NCBI GenBank assembly: GCA_017886205.1
Contig: JAFNEO010000013.1
Span: forward strand, 25,997 to 89,996
Reading direction: 5' to 3'
Source: Candidatus Aminicenantes bacterium
Lineage (GTDB): Bacteria; Acidobacteriota; Aminicenantia; Aminicenantales; UBA8522
Length of the DNA: 64,000 bases
The position numbers and the translations under genes are program-made. Below are positions 55,463-64,000 of this stretch, piece by piece; positions within the stretch are counted from its first letter, which is position 1; each line of letters begins with the position of its first letter. The notes under the pieces were generated by a model. It had not been told where the DNA came from. It saw nothing but the letters and a program-made list of their open reading frames with translations, and made no database searches.

Positions 55463-55810
55463 TTATTTGGCCCGACCCGCGGCCCAAAGGATCGCGCCTA
55501 CAAATCCTTTGCCGGACCGGATGAACCGCCTGAACGCTTCCTGCTGGGCAGGGTCAAGGACATCGCCCGTGGTCATCAGCCAGACGGTGACGTCAACTTT
55601 TGCCAGGTTCTCGTCGGAAAAGACGGACGGGTCTTCACTCGAAGATATCCGCCAGCCGTTCCTGGCCGCAATTTGTTCTAAGCACGAAACCCCGGCCGGG
55701 ATCGACTCGTGGCGGAAACCGGCGGTCTTGGAAAAGACCAGCACGTTCAAGGGCTGCGAGTTTCCGCCAAGATAGAGAGCGGAAATGATGGTGGCGAGAA
55801 GATGAATCAT
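55463..55810 (-). CDS. truncated ThuA-like (class I glutamine-amidotransferase-like) protein; probable gene remnant
   Basis: LNVLVFSKTAGFRHESIPAG...VFSDENLAKVDV...TTGDVLDPAQQEAFRRFIRSGKGFVG matches the first half of ThuA-domain proteins. The reading frame stops right after GFVG, where GIHSA and the second half should follow. Confidence 0.45.
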   Translation of the reverse strand: MIHLLATIISALYLGGNSQPLNVLVFSKTAGFRHESIPAGVSCLEQIAARNGWRISSSEDPSVFSDENLAKVDVTVWLMTTGDVLDPAQQEAFRRFIRSGKGFVGAILWAAGRAK

Positions 55811-55984
55811 GACCTGAAAGATATTATCAGCTTGGCAGACTGAAGACAACTGGCCTGCGGAACACCAATTCGTCGCGCCGTGATTTCATGGGAACTTGGC
55901 TTTCCGCTCCGCCGGCCGCAGATGGATCTTGGCCTCGAAAAAATACTATTTATTTTCTCTCCTGTTTTGATTATATATATGGGC

Positions 55985-57358
55985 ATGAACACAAATGCAC
56001 CTCGGTCCAAGGAAATGAAACCAGCCACGCCAGAGCTTCCTCGGGTGCTGGGCCTCTTCAGCATCGTGGCGATTGTCGTCGGTACGATGATCGGCTCCGG
56101 GATTTTTATCAACCCCGCCAAGGTGGCCAAGGATGTCGGAACACCGGAACTCATGATGGCCGTCTGGATTGTCGGGGGAATCCTGAGCTTTTTCGGCGCC
56201 CTCTCCCTGGCCGAGCTCGGCGCCGCCTTTTCCCAGGCAGGAGGTATCTACATCTATCTCCGGGAGGCCTACGGCACCCTGATCGCCTTCCTCTTCGGCT
56301 GGACCCTATTCCTCGTCGTCGAAGCCGGAACCTTGGCCACTCTTGCGGTCGGGTTTTCCACCAAGTACCTCCCTTACTTTGTCAAGCTTTCCGGCCTCCA
56401 GGGAAAAGTCGTTGCCGTGGCTCTGATCTTGATCCTGGCGATGGTGAACTACATGGGAGTGAAAAAGGGCGCTCTGGTTATGAATTTCCTGACCAGCATC
56501 AAGTTCATCGCCCTGATCGGCGTCTGTGTGGTTGTCTTCATTTTCGCCAAAGGAAGCACTGGCAATTTTCTCTCTTCTTCTTCGGGGGTCCAGCCGGCCG
56601 GTGGCGGCGTTCTCGGAAGCTTCGGCGTTGCCCTCGTCGCCGCCCTCTGGGCTTATAAAGGATGGGAAACCAGCACCTACAGCGCCGGCGAGATCAAGAA
56701 TCCGCAAAAGCAGCTTCCGCTGGGGTTGTTCATCGGCAGCGCCTCGGTCATCTTCCTCTACATCCTGGCCAACCTGGCCTACCTGTATGTGTTCCCGGCC
56801 GCCAAGATGGCCCAGTCGGACCGGATCGCCGCCGATGTTATGCAGGCTGCCGTTGGCCCGGTGGGCGCCTCGATCATCGCCCTGATCATCCTGACCTCCA
56901 TCACCGGGACATGCAACGGCCATCTGATGACCTCACCGCGTGCCTTTTATGCGATGGCCAAAGACGGCCTCTTCTTCAAGTCGGTAGCGAAAATTCACCC
57001 CAAGTACCTCACGCCCCATGTGGCCATCATCGTCATGGCCGTCTGGGGATGCATCCTCAGCACCAGCGGCACTTTCGAGCAGCTGTTCACCTATGTCATC
57101 TTCGGCTACTGGATCTTCATGGGCCTCACCGTCGCCGGAGTCATCATCCTCCGCAAGAAGATGCCCGATTTGCCGAGGCCATATAAGACCTGGGGATACC
57201 CGGTGACGCCGATCCTCTTCATCCTCTCCGCCGTCTTCCTCACCCTCAATTCGCTGATCCGGACATTCTGGAACTCGTCTGCCGGGCTGGGTGTCATTGC
57301 CATCGGCATTCCCGTCTATTTCTTCTGGAAAACCAGGCTCAAGAAAGCCCAGGCCTAA
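55985..57358 (+). CDS. APC-superfamily amino acid permease
   Basis: Start re-placed at ATG 55985. ELPRVLGLFSIVAIVVGTMIGSGIF, LAELGAAFSQAGGIYIYL and RPYKTWGYPVTP blocks. Confidence 0.8.
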   Translation: MNTNAPRSKEMKPATPELPRVLGLFSIVAIVVGTMIGSGIFINPAKVAKDVGTPELMMAVWIVGGILSFFGALSLAELGAAFSQAGGIYIYLREAYGTLIAFLFGWTLFLVVEAGTLATLAVGFSTKYLPYFVKLSGLQGKVVAVALILILAMVNYMGVKKGALVMNFLTSIKFIALIGVCVVVFIFAKGSTGNFLSSSSGVQPAGGGVLGSFGVALVAALWAYKGWETSTYSAGEIKNPQKQLPLGLFIGSASVIFLYILANLAYLYVFPAAKMAQSDRIAADVMQAAVGPVGASIIALIILTSITGTCNGHLMTSPRAFYAMAKDGLFFKSVAKIHPKYLTPHVAIIVMAVWGCILSTSGTFEQLFTYVIFGYWIFMGLTVAGVIILRKKMPDLPRPYKTWGYPVTPILFILSAVFLTLNSLIRTFWNSSAGLGVIAIGIPVYFFWKTRLKKAQA

Positions 57359-57391
57359 GATTTGAGAATCTGATTCACCAGGAGAGCGAAC

Positions 57392-58624
57392 ATGCTGAGC
57401 CTCGACCTCGTCCAGACCATCGCGTTTGCCGGTATCGTGCTGTTTGTTGGCTACGGCCTCTGCCGTTTTATCCGGCCTCTCTCCCGGTATAACATTCCCG
57501 CTCCGGTTGTGGGCGGGCTCATCGTCGCCCTGATCATTCTTATCGCCCGGCATTTTAATTTCGTGCCTTTCAAGTTCGACACCACGCTCCGCGACCCCCT
57601 GATGATCGCCTTTTTCACCACGATCGGGTTCGGCGCCAGCCTTTCTCTCCTCAAGGTCGGAGGGCCTCAGGTTCTGATTTTTTTTATCATCGCCACCGTG
57701 GCGGCCGTTTTCCAGAATGTCATCGGCGCCCTGATCGCTCTTCCTTTCGGGCTTCATCCTCTCTTTGGGGTTCTCAGCGGCTCGGTCACCCTGACCGGAG
57801 GGCCGGCGACGGGGCTGGCCTTTGCCCCGCTCTTTGAGCAGGCCGGAGTCCGGGGAGCTTCCACCATCGCCATCTCGGCTGCCATGTTCGGAATCATCTG
57901 CGGAGGGTTGTTCGGCGGCCCAGTGGGGACTTACCTCATCGACCGTTTCAAGCTTAGAAAACCCCGTCGCCAGAAAGGGGAAATGCCCGAGGTGATCGCC
58001 GAGCATGTTGTCGAAGACAAAATGCCCGAGCCCAAGGAAGCGGCTCCCGTCGGAGAAGACCAGGAATCCTATGTGCTTTTGAAAAACCTGGTCGTCCTGC
58101 TTGTCGCCATGTGGATCGGGTCTTGGCTGAGCCGGGGGTTTGCTGCTATGGGATTCACTCTGCCCGCTTACATCGGAGCCATGTTCGTCGCCGCCATTAT
58201 CCGGAATTTCGATGACGTCACCCATTGGATCGGGCTCTCGCAGCGGACCCTCGACGACCTCGGCCACGTCGCCTTGTCTCTCTTCCTCGTCCTGGCCCTA
58301 ATGACTCTGAAGTTGTGGGAGCTGGCCGGGCTCGTCCTGCCGCTTTTTATCGTCCTCGTCGGCCAGATAATCCTGATCGCCCTCTTCTGCATCTGGCCGG
58401 TCTTCAAATTTATGGGCCGCGATTATGAGGCCGCCGTCATGTCCAGCGGCTTCTACGGTTTCATGATGGGGACGACGGCCAACGCCATGGCCAACATGAA
58501 AGTGCTCGTGGACAAGTACGGGCGGGCGCCGCGCGCCTTTCTGGTCGTGCCGATGGTCGGCGCCTTTTTCATCGATTTCACCAATGCTCTGCTCATCACG
58601 GTCTGTTTGAATATCCTCAAGTAA
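57392..58624 (+). CDS. gltS: sodium/glutamate symporter
   Basis: Matches recalled E. coli GltS along its length: YNIPAPVVGGLIVAL, LRDPLMIAFFTTIGFGAS, GSVTLTGGPATG and FGIICGGLFGGPVGTYLI. Confidence 0.85.
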   Translation: MLSLDLVQTIAFAGIVLFVGYGLCRFIRPLSRYNIPAPVVGGLIVALIILIARHFNFVPFKFDTTLRDPLMIAFFTTIGFGASLSLLKVGGPQVLIFFIIATVAAVFQNVIGALIALPFGLHPLFGVLSGSVTLTGGPATGLAFAPLFEQAGVRGASTIAISAAMFGIICGGLFGGPVGTYLIDRFKLRKPRRQKGEMPEVIAEHVVEDKMPEPKEAAPVGEDQESYVLLKNLVVLLVAMWIGSWLSRGFAAMGFTLPAYIGAMFVAAIIRNFDDVTHWIGLSQRTLDDLGHVALSLFLVLALMTLKLWELAGLVLPLFIVLVGQIILIALFCIWPVFKFMGRDYEAAVMSSGFYGFMMGTTANAMANMKVLVDKYGRAPRAFLVVPMVGAFFIDFTNALLITVCLNILK

Positions 58625-58809
58625 TCAGACGATCTCAGGCCTGGCCGAAAAAAAATTATCATAGAAGGAAAAATATTCGGCCGAAGTCTCGGCAGCTTTT
58701 TGGTGAATGGGCTGGAGGACAATGACCATATGACTTTTCAAAAATGAAGGCCTTTAGATTAAAAATAGAAGAGAAGATAGTCAACGATTGGATAGGGCTG
58801 GAAAAAAGC

Positions 58810-60264
58810 CTATTTCACGACGAGCTTTATGATTGTATTGCCGGGAACGGCATCACCAAGCTTCATCCCATTGATAATCGCCAGGGCTTCCCATTTATCC
58901 TCCGGCCCGCCGAATTTTTGGAGGGCCTGGCGTAAGCTCCCCTGGGTTGTGGTTCTTTTTACGGCCAGGTGATCGGCTTTGACGTTGATTTTATTAAGGT
59001 CCGTTAAGTTTTTAAATCGACTCATGGTCTGGTCAAAAACGGGGAAATAGCCGCTAAACTGCGCCTGTCCCGTATATCCAAGAAAAACATACACGGTCTT
59101 TTCTTTCTGGATGAAATAAGACAAGACGCGAATGAGGCCTTGCTCCGTTGTGACGTCGGAGATGATTCGATGGGCCTGCATTCCGTTGACTTGGGTCCTT
59201 TCCGATTTTACGACAACGCCTTTGCTTTCATTGATGAACGCATCGGCTGCAGCCGAGGGAGTTTTTTCGGGCGCCATGGAGAAGAGGATGACCGCATTCT
59301 GTTCTTGATTGAACATCTGCACTTGAGATGCTGTGTTATTGACCTTCCAGCCCGCAGGGACCGGAAACTGAAATCTGAGTTGAGGGTGATAAAAAATATT
59401 GCCTTCGACATAGCCCTGGCGCGGATCTTCGCCGAAGACAATTCCATCGATTTGCCTTAAATATTGATCGCGATTTATAGCAAATTGGGTTTGTTGAATT
59501 TTGGCCCGCCATTCCTGAGTGTCTCGTTTGATGGCGGCGATTCTATCAGGCGGGTTGGGGTGAGTGGAGAACCACCCGGGAAGTCCGCCTTGCGCCTCTC
59601 CCGGATTGAGCCGCTCTAATGAGACAAATAAATTCGCCATATGATTGGCGTCGTATCCGGCTTTGGAGGAATATTCTACTCCCAGGGCATCCGCCTGGCG
59701 TTCGTCATCTCTACTGAAGCTCAAAAATAGCATACCGACCCCAAATTGGGCTACATCGGCGTATTTGCGAAACGTTTTTGAAACCATGGCCCCTAGGCCC
59801 AATCCTAATTGGGCCACCTGGGCCCGGCTATACCGTTGGGCGCTGTGACGCGCGGCAATGTGGCCGATTTCATGGGCCACGACGCCGGCCAACTCGGCTT
59901 CGTCGTTGAGATAGGCTAATATCCCTCGGGTCAAATAAACATACCCGCCGGGCACGGCAAAAGCGTTAACGACCGGGCTATCCAGCACCTTGATGGAATA
60001 AGCCAGATTCGGCTGGTGACTTAAAGCGCCCAATTTTTTCCCGAGGGCGGCCACGTAACGAGCCAAATCGGCATCCTCATATTGGCCGAAGGTTTGTATA
60101 ACTTGTGGATCCGTCTGCCGTCCCATCGCGAGCTCGTCAGCTGAGGACAGGAGCATGAGTTCCCTTTTACCGGTGACCGGATTTAAGGCGCAGGAAACGG
60201 CCCAAACCATAAGGACGACGGCGATGGCTTTGACAACGGTTTTGGAAACGATATGTCGATCCAT
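58810..60264 (-). CDS. M48-family zinc metallopeptidase lipoprotein with C-terminal extension
   Basis: GGAGG Shine-Dalgarno before ATG 60264. Lipobox MVWAVSC. HExxH motif in VVAHEIGHIAARH. FSRDDERQAD block. Confidence 0.8.
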   Translation of the reverse strand: MDRHIVSKTVVKAIAVVLMVWAVSCALNPVTGKRELMLLSSADELAMGRQTDPQVIQTFGQYEDADLARYVAALGKKLGALSHQPNLAYSIKVLDSPVVNAFAVPGGYVYLTRGILAYLNDEAELAGVVAHEIGHIAARHSAQRYSRAQVAQLGLGLGAMVSKTFRKYADVAQFGVGMLFLSFSRDDERQADALGVEYSSKAGYDANHMANLFVSLERLNPGEAQGGLPGWFSTHPNPPDRIAAIKRDTQEWRAKIQQTQFAINRDQYLRQIDGIVFGEDPRQGYVEGNIFYHPQLRFQFPVPAGWKVNNTASQVQMFNQEQNAVILFSMAPEKTPSAAADAFINESKGVVVKSERTQVNGMQAHRIISDVTTEQGLIRVLSYFIQKEKTVYVFLGYTGQAQFSGYFPVFDQTMSRFKNLTDLNKINVKADHLAVKRTTTQGSLRQALQKFGGPEDKWEALAIINGMKLGDAVPGNTIIKLVVK

Positions 60265-60290
60265 CCTACACCTCCTGGAATAATTTCCTA

Positions 60291-60677
60291 TCATGCGAAT
60301 TGGGAATGTTGAGAATTTATATACATTTTGTTTAGGACTATTTTGAGATCCGTGAAATCACTGTCTTTTTGGCTCAAGAATCGGGGCAACAAGAGATGGG
60401 CGAGTTCGATTGTGCTCTTCTTTCGATCCGGGATAACAAGGACGACATAAATCTCCGTGAGCAGCCCGCGGAGCAGCTGCATCTGCCGAAGCTCTTCTCG
60501 GTTCGAAGCTGAGAGAAGTGCGATAGAATCCGGTTCTATGGGCGTCCGGAGTCTTTCCCTGAAGTCATCCAGTCTTTTGAAGAGTTCTATTTTACTTTCT
60601 GGGATCACCTCATGAACTACCGCCTCAAGTCTCTTTTCATTTTGATCATCCCCAGTTGAATAAAAAAGCAGCTGCAT
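60291..60677 (-). CDS. hypothetical small cytoplasmic protein (alternating beta/alpha pattern, possibly a degenerate receiver-like fold)
   Basis: 128-aa ORF preceded by a sigma54-like promoter and followed 27 nt later by the M48 gene. No family recognised. Confidence 0.5.
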   Translation of the reverse strand: MQLLFYSTGDDQNEKRLEAVVHEVIPESKIELFKRLDDFRERLRTPIEPDSIALLSASNREELRQMQLLRGLLTEIYVVLVIPDRKKSTIELAHLLLPRFLSQKDSDFTDLKIVLNKMYINSQHSQFA

Positions 60678-60740
60678 TGGGTTTAAATTTTCCTATAAAA
60701 ATGAATCTACGTCATTTCTCCTTAGGCCTACTCACTCATC

Positions 60741-60756
60741 ATCAAGAAACATGCCA
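60741..60756 (-). promoter_or_regulatory. sigma54-type -24/-12 element TGGCATgtttcTTGAT
   Basis: The minus strand reads TGGCAT-N5-TTGAT. GG and TG are in the consensus TGGCAC-N5-TTGC register, with A replacing the -12 C. It lies about 65 nt upstream of ATG 60677 and forms part of a 44-nt block duplicated at 61604-61647. Confidence 0.5.
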
Positions 60757-60936
60757 AATTTATAAAGCCGGATAATTAGTTTTTCCGTAACTGAGATCTT
60801 TCCGAAGCCTAAAAAAATCAAACGGTTTTCCGGGTCGTGTTCCAAACGGACCTCCATAATCAAGATGAATTCCGCAAATTGTGCTCAGGTTGCCCGACCT
60901 CATGCGCCCCGGCTTGCCAGGCGAGAGGCTTCCGCG

Positions 60937-61542
60937 CTAAAGGTATAACGCCAATCCCACGCTGGCATAGCTGCGGGAGTTGTCGTTGAGGGCGATGCCG
61001 AACTCGGCCAGGAAATCGAGGTTGTCGCTGATGCGGTACTCGAGTCCCGGCACGAGATGCGCCCGGGTGACGTTCTGATCCGAGTTTTTGACTGAATCGA
61101 AGGCGAGCTTGAGGCCCCCGTAGAGCTCCAGACGATTCGCGGGTTTGGTGCTGAACAGGAGTGAGGTGTCGATGCCGGAGCTGTCCGCTCCCCCCCGCGA
61201 GTCCGTCATGTGTGCGCCCAGCGCCACCGAGACGTTGGCATTCCCCCCGTGGAAGAGCCAATACTCGGCATCAACTCCGAAGTACTTAAGGTCTTTGAAA
61301 ATCCCGGCCTTGGCCTCGATGTCGAAGCGCGGTGTGAGCCCGTATCCGGCCCGCCCGGCCACTCCCCATAAGGAGTCGCCGCCGTTCTTTCCGAAAAGCA
61401 CCGTCGGGAAAAGGGCCAGCTTGATGTTGCCCTGGTTGATGGTCTCGGCCGAGTTCATCAGCACGTCCTGTGCGGAGACCTCGGCAACAGCGGCGACGAG
61501 AAACACCGTCGCGGCCAGAATAGCCACGATTGTTTTAAGCAT
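60937..61542 (-). CDS. small outer-membrane beta-barrel protein (OmpW/porin-family-like)
   Basis: Signal peptide MLKTIVAILAATVFLVAAVAEVSAQD. About 8 alternating amphipathic strands with aromatic girdle residues. 201 aa. Confidence 0.65.
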   Translation of the reverse strand: MLKTIVAILAATVFLVAAVAEVSAQDVLMNSAETINQGNIKLALFPTVLFGKNGGDSLWGVAGRAGYGLTPRFDIEAKAGIFKDLKYFGVDAEYWLFHGGNANVSVALGAHMTDSRGGADSSGIDTSLLFSTKPANRLELYGGLKLAFDSVKNSDQNVTRAHLVPGLEYRISDNLDFLAEFGIALNDNSRSYASVGLALYL

Positions 61543-61603
61543 ATAACACCTTCCTCAATAATGTTCCAAGGATGCGCTTTCTCTTTATGTCTACTGAATC
61601 ATA

Positions 61604-61619
61604 ATCAAGAAACATGCCA
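61604..61619 (-). promoter_or_regulatory. sigma54-type -24/-12 element TGGCATgtttcTTGAT (second copy)
   Basis: Identical 16-mer about 60 nt upstream of ATG 61542, immediately downstream of the NtrC-type activator gene. Confidence 0.5.
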
Positions 61620-61780
61620 AATTCATAAAACCAGACAATTAGTTTTTTTAGGGGTGAGGAAATTGGTTTAGCCGCTTTCCCCCCGAATCGGCAGCAATTT
61701 GTTCTCTTAGATAGGACTTATTCCAATAAATGAACACTCATTCTCTGTTTTTTTAAAGGCCATGACCGGCATTATACTGC

Positions 61781-63190
61781 CTAACGCCCATCAGCTGGTC
61801 GGTATTTTTTAAGAAGAGTATAGAATCTTGAGCGAGACAAGCCGGAAATCCGGCAAGCTTTGTTGTTGTCTCCGCCCACAAAAGAGATCAGGTCCTTCAG
61901 ATACTGTTGCTCTGCTTCAGAAACTGCTGCTTTCCGAATCTCTTTCAATTTGGGCGGCACTTTGGGAACGCTCGAGCGTATCTCCGGCTTACCCTGGCTT
62001 GCCGGCTTCTTCGGGAAACAGTTCCGTGCCACCTGAATACGAATATACGTCGGAAGGTGTTTGGGAAACAGCATAGGTTCATCTTTTGCCGAAAGCAGAG
62101 CTTTCTCCAGAGCTTGAATCATTTCTCGCACATTGCCGGGCCAATGATATTCGGTCACGATCTCCCAGAATTCAGGAGAAGCTCCTTTCGGCACTATTCC
62201 AAACCGCTCGCACAAGTCGTCCATATAAAAGACCGTCAATTTTTTGATGTCCTCGGTAATTTCTCTCAGCGGGGGTGATTCAATCGCAAGAGTCCGGAGC
62301 CGAAAGAGGAGATCTTCCCGGAATCGTCCCTCCTGGACCATGCTTTCCAGATTTCGGTTTGTCGCCGCCACAAGCCTAAAATCGCTCTCGATTTCTCGAC
62401 GTCCTCCGACAGGACGGAAGCGGTGCTCTTGAATGACCCGGAGGAATTTTTTTTGGATCAACAACGGCAGCTCCCCGATCTCATCTAAAAAAAGAGTTCC
62501 TTCGTCGGCCTGCTTGATCAACCCCTCCTCGCTTCGATCGGCTCCGGTGAACGCCCCCCGTTCGTGCCCAAAAAGAACGCTTTCCACCAGCGTCTCGGGA
62601 AGCGCCGTGCAGTCAACGACCACAAAATTTCTTTTGGCCCGAGAGCTGTTATAATGGACAACCTTTGCAAAAAGCTCTTTTCCGGTGCCAGTTTCGCCGG
62701 TGATGAGAACATTGGCGTCGCTGCTCGCTGCCTGGGCCAGAAGTTCCAGACAAGACGTGATCTTTTGCGAATCTCCGATAATGCCGTTTCTTTTCAAAAC
62801 GGTCGGCGGCTTCCCCGGGTTTCTTTCCGCTCGATATTCCAGAGCCCGGAGGAGGGGAAGTTTGATGGCTTCGAACGAAGCCGGCTTTTCCAAATAATCC
62901 CAGGCGCCGGTTCGGATGGCGAGTTCGGCCTCATCGGGATCGCCCCGCCCGGTGATCACGATGATTTCCGGGGAAGATCGGACGGCTTTGATCTTCGGCA
63001 TACTCTCCAAGCCGCTTCCATCGGGCATCTGGACGTCCAAAAAAACGATGTCGAATGGCTCGGATTGGACTTTCCTGAGCCCCTCCCGGAGAAGGTGCGT
63101 CGAGACTGGGCGATGCCCTAATCGGGTGACGACTTTCGCGATCCAGTCGCAAATGAGCTTATCGTCATCGATGATTAGAATGCTAGCCAT
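61781..63190 (-). CDS. sigma54-dependent response regulator (NtrC family: REC + AAA+ + Fis-type HTH)
   Basis: Receiver domain DIVFLDVQMPDGSG, Walker A GETGTGKE, exact GAFTGA sigma54-contact motif, and C-terminal HTH CRISGLSRSRFYTLLKK. Confidence 0.9.
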   Translation of the reverse strand: MASILIIDDDKLICDWIAKVVTRLGHRPVSTHLLREGLRKVQSEPFDIVFLDVQMPDGSGLESMPKIKAVRSSPEIIVITGRGDPDEAELAIRTGAWDYLEKPASFEAIKLPLLRALEYRAERNPGKPPTVLKRNGIIGDSQKITSCLELLAQAASSDANVLITGETGTGKELFAKVVHYNSSRAKRNFVVVDCTALPETLVESVLFGHERGAFTGADRSEEGLIKQADEGTLFLDEIGELPLLIQKKFLRVIQEHRFRPVGGRREIESDFRLVAATNRNLESMVQEGRFREDLLFRLRTLAIESPPLREITEDIKKLTVFYMDDLCERFGIVPKGASPEFWEIVTEYHWPGNVREMIQALEKALLSAKDEPMLFPKHLPTYIRIQVARNCFPKKPASQGKPEIRSSVPKVPPKLKEIRKAAVSEAEQQYLKDLISFVGGDNNKACRISGLSRSRFYTLLKKYRPADGR

Positions 63191-63482
63191 CTGATTTCCA
63201 CCGGTTCTAATTTAGTCGAAATTGTAACAATGAAAATGAAATTTGTCAACCCCGGCCGGCGCGCCCGGCGGGAGTCATAAAGCCTTCTTATCAGAGCTCA
63301 AGGAAGACCTCTTCCCTGTAATCCACAGAGATCCTGGCGCCCGGCTTGGGCGGGAGGAGGTCTTTGGCTCTCTTTAGGTCGGCCGTGAAATTGTCGTCAT
63401 AGAAGAAGATGCTTTTCCGGCGATGGTCGCAGCCGCGGAGTTCCTCACTTGTTGGCCAGGAGTAGGCTCCGCGAAGATCCCA

Positions 63483-63695
63483 TTATGTCTTTTTGCGATC
63501 CAAGACGATCAGCGCGATCCCAGCGACGACCGCAACTCCGCCCACGATCGGAGGCAGCGGGATGGTTTTCTTGGTATCCGCCGAGAGCTTGATGGAACCG
63601 ACATCAAGGATTTTCTCCTTGGTCGTATATTGGATACCCTGATAGACCAGAGCCAAGACTCCTAGAACGATGAAAATAATACCCACAAGCTTCAT
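63483..63695 (-). CDS. small two-TM membrane protein (DUF3185-like)
   Basis: MKLVGIIFIVLGVLALVY...IPLPPIVGGVAVVAGIALIVL forms two hydrophobic helices flanking a short loop. About 70 aa. Confidence 0.5.
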   Translation of the reverse strand: MKLVGIIFIVLGVLALVYQGIQYTTKEKILDVGSIKLSADTKKTIPLPPIVGGVAVVAGIALIVLDRKKT

Positions 63696-63785
63696 GGAAT
63701 TATGCTCCCTCAAGCAGCGTAAAAATGGGCGTCCTCCCCTGTGAGAGGACGCCCTCTTCCGATCAGTCGGGAGAATGACTTCCCG

Positions 63786-63998
63786 CTAAAGGACCAACGC
63801 GATCACTAGGATCACAACACCGACGACTGCGATGATGAGGAGATCTCTTGAGGTGAGACCTCCCCCGGCGTCGGAAGCCGTGATCACGTCTTGCCCACTG
63901 ATTACCAGCTGAGTTGACGTGCCCGCCTGTTGAAGCACCGGTTTTTGAAGAGCGGTGGCAAAGGAAGAGACCATCACGATCATCAACAGGACACCCAA
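63786..63998 (-). CDS. small hydrophobic protein, possibly truncated by the window edge
   Basis: The ORF reaches the right edge. It has an N-terminal hydrophobic segment and a C-terminal TM helix LLIIAVVGVVILVIALVL. An internal ATG at 63983 would make it complete. Confidence 0.3.
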   Translation of the reverse strand: MGVLLMIVMVSSFATALQKPVLQQAGTSTQLVISGQDVITASDAGGGLTSRDLLIIAVVGVVILVIALVL

Positions 63999-64000
63999 GA

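Noticed and set aside
63285-63470. Minus-strand open frame reading ...GCDHRRKSIFFYDDNFTADLKRAKDLLPPKPGARISVDYREEVFLEL*. The FFYDDNF string recalls B12-binding radical SAM proteins.
   Set aside because: It is only about 60 codons and is bounded upstream by an in-frame TAA, with no start codon. The resemblance is one short motif recalled from memory. It could be a gene relic, but I cannot support that.
1-64000. Search for CRISPR arrays, rRNA/tRNA genes, transposases, integrases, toxin-antitoxin pairs and recognisable phage-defence genes.
   Set aside because: I saw no regularly spaced direct repeats, no conserved RNA-gene signatures, and no ORFs with motifs of these families. This was visual inspection only, so small RNAs could have been missed.

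Overview
Chromosomal segment from a fairly high-GC Gram-negative-type bacterium. The gene content (sigma54 activator, ECF sigma factor, TPR-bearing Ser/Thr kinase, many secreted hydrolases) suggests an Acidobacteria-like or related uncultured lineage, but that is a weak inference. I support about 46 protein-coding genes. I found no rRNA, tRNA, CRISPR array, transposase, integrase or phage genes. Several starts in the ORF track look too far upstream and were re-placed by hand using signal peptides, Shine-Dalgarno sequences and ATGA overlaps.

Gene content by region:
- 1-12 kb: an envelope-modification cluster. It holds four sulfatase-fold (alkaline-phosphatase superfamily) paralogues and a nucleotide pyrophosphatase (NPP)-type phosphodiesterase. 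It also holds an SGNH hydrolase, an esterase, a polytopic membrane protein with a spermidine-synthase-like domain, and a PD40 beta-propeller.
- 12-18 kb: a 2040-aa thioester-type alpha-2-macroglobulin.
- 18.6-22.7 kb: a translationally coupled pair, GDP-mannose 3,5-epimerase and an Fkp-type fucokinase/GDP-fucose pyrophosphorylase.
- 23-33 kb: a TetR regulator, a zinc-ribbon/TPR Ser/Thr kinase, and a four-gene ECF sigma operon. Two near-identical 63-codon 4-oxalocrotonate tautomerase genes bracket the ECF operon and an amidohydrolase gene.
- 33-47 kb: secreted or lipoprotein hydrolases, a very AT-rich GT-C-like membrane protein, and transporter genes.
- 47-52 kb: a tightly overlapped operon of UbiE/MenG, an FeS-FAD oxidoreductase, an NAD_binding_4 reductase and a CAP-domain protein.
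- 52-58.6 kb: three APC permeases and GltS.
- 58.8-63.2 kb: an NtrC-type activator next to two target units that carry duplicated sigma54-like promoters.

Most interesting observations:
- All sulfatase-fold paralogues have Thr where the formylglycine Cys/Ser should be. Three enzymes end in the same ...LRSLGY(I/V)x-COOH tail: the two complete sulfatase-fold paralogues and the NPP-type phosphodiesterase.
- A dispersed intergenic repeat/palindrome family has the core TAT(C/G)GTGTCCCC.
- The duplicated tautomerase genes bracket a cassette next to the kinase.
- Two back-to-back promoters look leaderless.
- Low-GC islands alternate with high-GC genes.
- Two genes look like remnants.

All functional calls rest on motif recognition by eye and recall of protein families. 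No searches were run.
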